Position numbers and translations under genes: made by a program | The notes under the pieces: model-generated | Told to the model about the DNA's origin: nothing | What the model saw: the letters and a program-made list of their open reading frames with translations, nothing else | Database searches by the model: none | In this document: in pieces, positions 1 to 9,424 of the stretch | Numbering within the stretch: position 1 is the first letter of the stretch | Layout of the letters: every line of letters begins with the position of its first letter | Assembly: GCA_043228905.1 (NCBI GenBank) | Contig: JBHGNT010000012.1 | Location: 1,364,001 to 1,428,000, forward strand | DNA from: Azolla caroliniana | Lineage: Eukaryota; Plantae; Polypodiophyta | Length of the DNA stretch: 64,000 nt | Direction of reading: 5' to 3'

Positions 1-723
1 AGAACGGTGAATCTTCACTCATGGCTTAAGGTCTAGATAGGGCTCTCTAAGTTATGGGCTTAGGGGAAAGAAAAAAACTAATAACCTCCTCTCTAAACAT
101 ATACTCCTCTCTAAACATAAACTTCTCTCTAAACAAAAGCCAAATCAATAGAATGTCTATATTATGTAATATTCTATTAATACAATACATCAAAAAATTA
201 TTTTTAATAAAGTAATTGTACTTAAAATATCAATTATTATATAAACTAGATCTATATAAAGTTAAATCAAGTAAAATATAAAACTAATCATTAACAAGCC
301 ATGAATATGTTGGATTAATGTTAAAATCATTGGCTAATTAATGGCACCCATTTTAATATAGAACGTCTCACTCATTGGTTCTTTAATGCTCACCATTTTA
401 AATATTAGACTTATCAATCATTGGTTAATTTATGCCCACATCTTTAATACACAACATTTGAGAGTCATAAAAATTGTTGGTTTTAGTAATCAATCATTGG
501 TACATTCATGAACCTCTATCATTGTCTCATTCATAACCTTTGAAGTCATTGTAGGTTGTTATGACTATAAAAGATTGATCAATATGGTAGTTTGACTTTG
601 TAATCATTAATACAATCATAAGTTACTCTAGTTAATGTGACTATGGTTACCAACTAACTATGCTCAAAGTTACCAACCTTGGTTAAGGTGACTATGGTTA
701 CTTTAACCAATGTGTTCAATCCC

Positions 724-730
724 TATAAAT
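724..730 (+). promoter_or_regulatory. TATA box of the ParB-MTase gene
   Basis: CCCTATAAAT about 25 nt before an Inr-like TCACTCA (~750) and about 150 nt before ATG 875; several ATTGG (reverse CCAAT) boxes at ~330-500. Confidence 0.6.
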
Positions 731-759
731 AGGAAGACCTCGTCATATTTCACTCACCA

Positions 760-836
760 GAGCGTACAGAGCATACAGAGCACACAGAACGTAGAGAGCA
801 CACAAAGCACACAAAGCACACAGAGCACAAAGCACG
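760..836 (+). repeat. 9-bp tandem repeat (AGCACACAR-like) in the putative 5' UTR
   Basis: agcgtacag agcatacag agcacacag ... agcacacaa agcacacaa agcacacag. Confidence 0.7.
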
Positions 837-874
837 AAAGCGCGATCTCCGCCTCCACTTCCACACGATCAAAC

Positions 875-3800
875 ATGTCTTCAAAGAGAATCGAGCGCGA
901 GGACTCCAGGTAGGCCTCTGACACTGTGGACATTTTTGTAAATATGTTTCGTTTCTCAAGAACTCGATATTGTATACATGCACTCGATACGGCGTATCGA
1001 GTTCATAATTTAATTTTGCTTTTTAAACAGGAACTCGATACGCCGTATCGAGTTCATGTTTAAAGTTTGGATTTTAAACAGGAACTCGATACGTCGTATC
1101 GAGTTCCTGTTTAAAGTTTAGGTTTTAAACACGAACTCGATACGCCGTATCGAGTTCCTGTTTAAAGTTTGAATTTTAAACAGGAACTCGATACGCCGTA
1201 TCGAGTTCCTGTTTAAAGTTTAGGTTTTAAACACGAACTCGATACGCCGTATCGAGTTCCTGTTTAAAGTGTAGGTTTTAAACACGAACTCGATATGCCG
1301 TATCGAGTTCCTGTTTAAAGTTTGAATTTTAAACAGGAACTCAGTTCCTGTTTAAAGTTTAGGTTTTAAACACGAACTCGATACGCCGTATCGAGTTCCT
1401 GTTTCAAGGGTAGGTTTTAAACACGAACTCGATACGCCGTATCGAGTTCCTGTTTAAAGGGTAGGTTTTAAACAGGAACTCGATACGCCGTATCGAGTTC
1501 TTGTATATAATAAGGCTTTGAGAGAGAAAAATTGTATTTTTGGGGTAACAAATAATTTTGGGATAGAAAAGATATCAAATTGTCTGGCAAAATCAGTCTT
1601 TTTATATTGGCTTACCTTACTTTTTAAAAAAAACATGCTCTAATTATAGGTGTTTTATGACCTACTTTAGCTTAAAATAGTAGAAAATGATCCACAAATT
1701 GCCTTTACGATAGCAAATTCTCATCAATATAGGTTTGGAATCTATATAAGTCATACCTACTATTTAAAAGAATATATAACCTTTTTTACTTATTACGATA
1801 TATATTTTCTAGGTTGAATAGCCCTGCCTATAATAGATTTTTGAATATAGGACTGCTCCTGGGAACTGTTCTTCATGTTAATATACAACCTTAATCTACG
1901 TGACTACCTAACTTATGTTTTTGCATATACTTTCTTAAATAGGTCGTTTGAAAACCTGTCGGACCGACCGGTGAAGAAAATAAAGCTTCGCATACAAGGT
2001 TCTCCAATCGAAGCCCAGACCAAGGTAGCTCCAGAGACCATGAAGAGAGGAAAAAAGCTTCTCTTTAACGAAGAGACAAAATCTCAGGCACATAGTGATG
2101 TTAGCCAAAAGAAACTTGTCGCCGCTACTGGAGGTGAAGACCTTCCTGACCGAGATCTAACGGACAAGGAATGGTGTATGCAATATGTCGACTCAAAGAA
2201 AAAAGTCGTATTGTATACTGCAAAGAAGAAGGGTGAGGGGCAACTTGGAAAGGAAACCCCATTTATGTATGGCCGTATTCTACGATTTTACTACGAAGAT
2301 GCAGATTCGGCCAACATACTGGTAATGATAGAGTGCTCCAAGGGGGTACGTAAAGTGTTCCTTTCAGAAGACCTTTTAGTAAAAGAATCTTATGGGCCAG
2401 AAGTGTTCAAAAAAGCACTTGATAGCTCACAAAACCTTATTGTTACCTTGAGGCCTTATATACAAGGCCATGTAACTCTAAGAGATGAAGTGCCCTCCCC
2501 ATTGAAGCCAACAAAAAAGGTTTCCAAAGTCCAGTCAAGACCAGCAAAGAAGAAGACAACGAAAATGTCGGATACGGATTCAACAAGTGAAAACGAAGAG
2601 GAGGATAATAAGGGGACGCCAGGAGCTGAGCTGGCCTCGGGTGTTTTGTCATCCGAGCAGAATAAAATAAGGAGAGAGTTAATGCAACGGAAGCTGGTCA
2701 GGAAAGGGCAAGTATTTAATTTGCCTATAACACACATCCATCGGCCCCCTATTGATGAAAAAACAGGTCGAAGACCACTTGAGATTAGAGAGCCTCACCG
2801 CATGCATGTTCAAAATCTCAAGAAAAAAATGAAAATTAATCCTCATGCCACTGTGGTGCCTTTTATTGTTATGGTAGATCCTGAAGAATGTGAAACCATT
2901 GAAGATTTTGATATTAGAAAACATGATCAATATAATTATTTTGTCATTGGTGGATCGCATGCAGCAGAGGCACGTCGGCAACTTGTGAGAGAACATCCAA
3001 CCACTTTCTTCTTCAAGTATGCCGAGTGCAAAATTTATGTTGGGCTCACAACCGAAGAGGCTAAGCTGTTGGCATGGGACCATAATAATGATAATGACTA
3101 TAGGCAGAAAATGTCGTCCATTGAGCGTATACGGTTCTTCCACCACGAGTATTTAGATGTGAAACAAAAGTTTGGTGTGAAGTTACATCCAGGCCTTCGA
3201 CGTCAATGTCTGCATGAAGTCGGCATTGTGGTAGATGATAATGTTAGGTCCGATGGTCTTCGAAAGTATGAGTCTTGGTTTCAATTGGCGTTTAGAGATG
3301 GAGAAGTATGGGACCTACAAGATCAAATCTTCTCAATGTGGGAGAATAAGGAGGTAAAGGGTCAACGACAAAAGAAATGTAGGGTTGACCCTCAACTAGA
3401 GTTAAAGTCACAAGCCGCCAAGAAAATTGACTTGACAATTGAAGAAGCGGCAGATGACATGAAGCTGTCTCTATGGAGAGCGATGCAAGGTATTAAAGAC
3501 GAGCAGCTTCTTGTGTCGGTTTTGTCAAGGGTTGTGGCGAAAGATTTAAGCCTTGAAGAAATGGTCACTGAGTTCAATAAGTAAGTCCCTCAAATACTGA
3601 AATTGTAGTCTATCTAGTGTAATTCAAAGTTCTAATCTTGATTTCTAATTTTACAGTCATAAGGTGTACATGAAGATCCAAGAAGTTATGATGAAACAAC
3701 TTGGATGTATAACTTGGGAACAAGTGACCGAGGATTATCCTCTAACGTCTTCGTATAAGGCGTTATCAGAGTATTTTATTGCATTCAAGGATTGGGTTAG

Positions 3801-5168
3801 TATTCATGTTTTTTCATTACCCTTTCATCATATGTAGAGCTTGTATAATAATACCTGATGTCCTATTGCTTCTATTAGAAACCGTGTCGAGGCAAGAAAC
3901 AAGGAGAAGTTAAGGATATACACAATTTCCCTACATCCTTCCTTGCACATCTCGAACGAGCCAGAAAAGAAAAGGATCGTCGCTTAGTCAAGGCGTACGA
4001 AATGGAGGAAGATGGCTCCTTTAAAAAATTTAGCCACAAAAAAGATATTACAAGAGATCTTTACTACAATGTGGTTTGCGGTGATGTCATCGACTTGATC
4101 CAGAAGGTACCAAAGAAGGAATATACGCTAATGATTGCGGATATTCCTTACGGATTTCGAATGGCTGGGTCATCATACGACGATGAACCGTTTAGGTTTA
4201 AACAATTGGAGAAGATGGTCAAGGATTTCGCTGAGCTAACGACCGCATCCTTGTGGCGAATAGTTGTCTTTCATAGTATGGACCAAGGGTACTCGGTAGC
4301 TCAAGCTTTGAGATCTCGTTGCCATGGCATCGAGAACCTTGCATGGTAAGGATTATTTATAGGTGTCTTTCACTATATTGCATTTCTTAAGGTTGTTGAA
4401 TCTATTCTTAACTCGATGTATTATTTTTTATAGGATCAAGACCAATGTAAATAGAGGGCCAACTTTTCGGTTCGTTAATGCCATTGAATACATAACGGTT
4501 GGCTACTTCGATGAAATTAAGAGACAGAGAATCAAAGAGCATTCTAATGAAGTGGGAGGTTCAAATCTGTTGGTATATCCAGCAGTGACTCGGAAATTGC
4601 GACATGTCACCACGACAGAACGGGGACTTGTCAACCCATACCAAAAACCTCAACGACTTATGATGCGCTTGATCGAGATGTTTTCTGTCGAAGGAGACTG
4701 GATATTAGATCTCTTTTCTGGCACAGGTATTCCTCGAACTAGGGTAACAATCTTGAGATAACCAATCACTTTTTTTTCGTTTGACAACTAAATCTTCTTG
4801 TTACTTACATCACAGGAACTACGTCAGCATGTGCATTGAAGCTGTTTAGAAATACAGTTGCATTGGAGAAGGACGAGGACCAAGTTATATTTATTAATAT
4901 GCGGATTAAGGCTTTGTGGGAGTGCCCAAACCAGGATGAGGAGGTCGGTGCAAAGAACCTCGCCAATACAGAAAGGTTTCAACCTGCTTCGCGAGAGCCT
5001 ATTCCTCCGTTAGCCGGCGAACCGGGGGAGCTAATAGAGCTTGATGATGAGCTTATAGAAGATATTTCGTTGGCTCGGCTAACAGGGGAAACCAATGCAC
5101 GTATAGCCGAAGACAATTCTACACAAGATGATGAAGAAAATGACGTTGATGAATTGATTGCTATGTGA
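875..5168 (+). CDS. Spliced ParB/Srx-like domain + beta-class amino (N6A/N4C) DNA methyltransferase fusion, 974 aa; exons 875-909, 1943-3580, 3657-3795, 3879-4345, 4434-4726, 4816-5168
   Basis: All five introns are GT..AG and phase-compatible (2,2,0,2,1), giving 2925 nt with no internal stop. ParB-like segment: IREPHRMHVQNLKKKMKINP..VVPFIVMV..YFVIGGSHAAEARRQL..AECKIYVGLTTEEAKLLAWDHN. MTase motifs in beta order: VVCGDVIDLI, motif IV MIADIPYG, W-IK-TN, NPYQKPQRLMMRLIEMFS, motif I WILDLFSGTGTT (split by intron 5), VALEKD. Confidence 0.88.
960..1503. repeat. Tandem array of palindromic units, 51-bp period, about 11 copies, inside intron 1
   Basis: Unit TTTAAACAGGAACTCGATACG-C-CGTATCGAGTTCCTGTTTAAA (several copies read CACG for CAGG in the left arm) plus a ~8-nt linker. 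GAACTC starts at 1031, 1082, 1133, 1184, 1235, 1286, 1337 (deleted unit), 1374, 1425, 1476; degenerate copies at ~960 and ~981. Confidence 0.97.
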
Positions 5169-5560
5169 TAGACTCTATGAAGAATATGACACTGACGATT
5201 TGTTAAGATTTCACATTATTAATACAAATATTGGGTTTTACCTAGTGGATTCTATTCTTTATAATCTTCTATATGTTTCAATTTTATTTTTATATACTTG
5301 ATTAGTAGATTTATGACATTGGTTTCACCGCGTGCATAGCTGACTACCAAACTTACGGAGAAACATGAACTAGTTTAAATGGAGGCTGATTTTGGTCCAA
5401 GCTAACCTTAACAGAACATGGCCCTATAATTGTTGCCATGACTGTCCATGTTGTTATTATGGATCTTTGTCTTCTATTGTTAAAACTATTATGTTTCTAT
5501 TCCATTGCTGCTTAGTTTGTGTAGTGTGTTGATAATGGTTCCAGTTGCGTTATCGTTCGA

Positions 5561-5840
5561 AGTTTGATCTTGTGTGAATCACCTAAGCAATAGAGTAGAC
5601 CAATTTTAAATACAGGTATGAAAGCCTAATAGGTTTGTTATTTCCACGACATTATCCTAAAGTTCACTGCCTTACAATGTGCACAATTATATACACATAT
5701 GGTTTGATCTCATATGAACAAACTGAGCAATAGATTAGATCAACTTTAAATACAAGTATTGAATACTTTAATAAGTTAGTTATTCCAATCACTTATCCTA
5801 ATGTGCACTATCCTACATTTTCCACAATTACATACATGCA
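5561..5840 (+). repeat. Degenerate ~140-bp tandem duplication
   Basis: gtttgatct..agcaataga.taga.caa.tttaaataca.gtat..ttatcctaa..cacaatta.ataca occurs at ~5561 and ~5701. Confidence 0.7.
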
Positions 5841-6662
5841 CGTATGGGTCAAAGTATAGATTATATCTCATTTTATTAGTATGGATACAAGTACACCTCA
5901 TATTTTTGTAAAACTTACCTAATTAATATAAGTCTTTAAGTTAGTGTTTCCCTTGTCGCACAATAGTGCCATATTGAGCCATAGTTGAACTTTATTATGC
6001 CTACATTAACTTATCAACATGTCTAAACTTGCATGATTTCATTGATCTCCACTCGTAGATCTATCATGTATTTTTATATTTGCAAATTCTCATCAAGTTG
6101 AGGAACATGTGATACTAGTGCATCCAATTTTTGTAGAGAGGGTGTATTTGCTTCGTTTTAAGAAGATTCTACAAGTGGAATGCGCAATCCTTCCACTTGT
6201 GAACGCGAACGTGTTAATTGTCTTCAAATCTCATTATCCCTAGTTCCTTGATAAGTCCTTATGTACTTTATGAACGGATATTTCTTGGGATTTACTTAAG
6301 CCCAACCAAATGTTTATGGAAAGTTTAATGAAAAAAACAACACGAAAAATAATAAAAAAGTGAACAAATTAACAATAACTAAAAAAATAACTTAGTTGAA
6401 ACTTGACCCTAATTATAACACCGAGACATTTGAAACAGGTAATATGTCGCATTTTGAGAACTGTCCATCAAAAAATGACACAAATTAGAGTGATTCACAA
6501 TAAGGGGTGCCACATGCATAAAGGATTTTTAAAAATGACCCAAAAATATATTGATTTCTAGCATGTACGAAAATTTAGGTGTTCAAAAAAATGCCTAAAT
6601 AATGGACATGCCAAACTTACAAATGCATGTCCAAAATGACTAACACCAATATTTATAGAAAT

Positions 6663-7850
6663 TCAAGAATCCAAATCTTGATGTACAATACAAGATTTAC
6701 AGTTAACGTTGTCGTGAAGAATTTCGGCCAGAGGCAGAAACCGGGAAATATTGGCTACATCGGCAGGGTGCAACATGTGCGCTCACCCTTGTACATTTAG
6801 TGTGAATAACGAGGGCGCCTTAATGGTGCCGAAGAGTAGTCAAGTCGGGACAAAGAATCCCATGTAAGTCGGGATTTATCCCACATTGTAACGCATCTCC
6901 CTCCTTGTTCTATAAAAGGAAGGGAGCGCCTCTTGTGAAGGGGTTGCCCATTTTGTATTAGTAGGGTATATTGTTAGATTAAGAGACGTCCTCTCGTTCT
7001 CTTTCCCTTCCTCTTGTTTAGGGTTTCGTTTTTCTTCTTCTTGCCTCTGCTTCTTCCTCTTCGCCGTTCTGAGTATCGAGCCTTGGCATCTCGTGTTCCC
7101 GTTTTCTGCCCGTTCTCTGTGCAAGACCCCGCTCGGCACGACAAGCCCGAGGGCTCCCCGACCGGCGACTTAGAAGTAGACGACTGTTGTAACCTGAGCT
7201 ACTTAGGTCGGGCTCGATACCAGTATTGTATCTTAGTCTTGTAATATATGCATGGGGGGTTCTGCGTATCTGTGTTTGTGTGGGTGTTTTGGTGTTCTCT
7301 TACCTCCGTTTCTGTACATAAGGGCGTGAGTAGAGTCGGCGTGGTGTGTGTGTGTGGGTGTGAGTCAGTGTTAAGCGCGTACTCTCTCTCTTTCTCTCCC
7401 CCGTTCGGTTGCTTCCAGAATGCGTCCGGAATCGTCTTCTCGGCTTCCCCTCTTCCCTCGTCCGAGACCCCCGTGGTCCCGCCCTTCTACACGCACACGC
7501 GAAACTTCGCGACAACGTATCACGACAATCGTTTTCCAAGTTTATGTCATCATCTTCATACCCATTAGATGAACTAGTAAGAGTTTATGAGGTCTCATCC
7601 TCAACATCAATGGCAACTAATGCATTGTCTTCATCCAATTGCAATCCAACCTCATCAAGGTTATGAGTCATGCTTCTTGTTTGTCTTTGTGTTGTGTCTA
7701 AAGCCACACTCAAGATCCTCTTTTAGTATCTTCATTGTGGTCTGTCACAAATAACTTGTTTTGGTCAAAGATAAGTCATACACTAGTTGTATATAAACAT
7801 TATCCAATGTAAGAGTAGATGTGCTTGATGCATTCTTTCTTCTTCACTTT
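6663..7850 (-). pseudogene. Decayed 3' end of an unknown minus-strand gene (acidic C-terminus), interrupted by the solo LTR
   Basis: Minus-strand reading ..STLTLDNVYIQLVYDLSLTKTSYL*QTTMKILKEDLE.., then a frameshift to RSMTHNLDEVGLQLDEDNALVAIDVEDETS*..EDDDINLEN, continuing across the LTR junction to VNCKSCIVHQDLDS*. Confidence 0.35.
6710..7527 (+). mobile_element. Solo LTR (~818 bp)
   Basis: TGTCGTGA...TCACGACA termini; flanks aacgt/atcgt (5-bp TSD, 1 mismatch); internal TATAAAAGG at ~6911. Confidence 0.8.
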
Positions 7851-9424
7851 TTGGTTATGATATTTAATTATGTACTTTCTATTTACGATATTTGATTATG
7901 TGAGAGAAACCTTCTACTAAAATCATTAGAATCTAAAAAATGTCGTAAAGATGTTTTTTCATTTTTCGTAGATTCTCATAGTAAGCCTTTGATGTCAAAC
8001 AGAAATAAGATTCATTCCATCTAGATCTGATGCACTATGTCGAATTTCACTCTATACATCTTGAATTGGATGTGGTACATCAGATTCCTGTTGTAAGTCT
8101 TAGAACCTTTTTTTTTTAAATCCATTAAAAAAATACTCTTGCATTTTCAACTGAGACATAATGCATTGCATTGAATTCTAGCTATATAGACTAAAATATG
8201 ATACACTGCATTGGATTTCAGTTGAAAATCCACTTTCAAAATATCTTTAAAAAATGAAAAAATTTAAAAATGGATTTTCAACGATAATCTGATGCACTCT
8301 ATCGGATTTCAGTTGAAAGTCCACTTTTCCTTATTTGTTTTCGAATTTTCTTATTTTTCTAAATTTTCTTATTTTTTCCATAAATAAATAAATAAAAATT
8401 GAAAAAATGGATTTTCAATGGAAATCTGATGTAGTGCATCGGATTTCAGTTGAAAGTCCACTTTTTCTTATTTGTTTCCAAATTTTCGTATTTTTTGAAT
8501 TTTGTTTGTATTTTTTTGAAGTTTTCCCATAAATAAATAAATAAATTGAAAAAATGGATTTTCAATGGAAATACGATGCACTGCATCAGATTTCCATTGA
8601 AAGTCCACTTCTTCTTCTTTTTCCGATTTGTTTTTTTTTTTTTTGTATTTCCTTATTTTTCCCATAAATAAATAAATAAACTTTGAAAAAATGGATTTTC
8701 AATTAAAAATCCACTTTTTCTTATTTGTTTCCAAATTTTCTTATTTTTGAATTGTTTTGGTATTTTTTTTGAATTTTTTTTGAATTTTTTTATTTTTCCC
8801 ATAAATAAATAAATAAATATTGAAAAACTAGATTTTCAATGGAAATCCTATGCACAGCATCAAATTTCTGTTGAAAGTTCACTTTTTCTTATTTGTTTCC
8901 AAATTTTCTTATTTTTTGAGTTTTTTTGTATTTGTTTTGAATTTTTTTATTTTTCCCATAAATAAAAAAATTTTGAAAAATGGATCTTCAATAGAAATCC
9001 GATGCACTACATTGGATTTCTGTTGGAAGTCCACTTTTTCTTATTTGTTTCCAAATTTTCTTATTTTTTGAGTTTTTTTGTATTTGTTTTGAATTTTTTT
9101 ATTTTTCCCATAAATAAAAAAATTTTGAAAAATGGATCTTCAATAGAAATCCGATGCACTACATCGGATTTCTCTTGGAAGTCCACTTTTTCTTATTTGT
9201 TTCCGAATTTATTTATTTATTTATTTTATTTTTTTGAATTTTCTTTTCCCATAAATAAATAATGAAAAATGAATTTTCAATGGAAATCCGATGCAGTACA
9301 TCGGATTTCAGTCAAAAATCCACTTTTTCTTTATTGTTTTGAAATTTTCTTATTTTTTTATTTTTTCAATAAAAAAATCATGGATTTTGGCCATTTAAAA
9401 TGATGTATTTTCAACGGGCTTTTC

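Noticed and set aside
960-1503. CRISPR-like appearance of the palindromic repeat array
   Set aside because: Linkers are only ~8 nt and recur rather than being unique 25-45 nt spacers; there are no cas genes and the context is a eukaryotic intron.
1875-1942. ORF-track start MLIYNLNLRDY.. as the real N-terminus
   Set aside because: It lies in the T-rich 3' end of intron 1; the AG at 1941-1942 joins in phase to exon 1 (ATG 875).
875-5168. Bacterial or phage contamination as the source of the ParB-MTase
   Set aside because: The gene has five spliceosomal introns and a TATA promoter, has a decayed paralog nearby, and is contiguous with plant TEs and genes.
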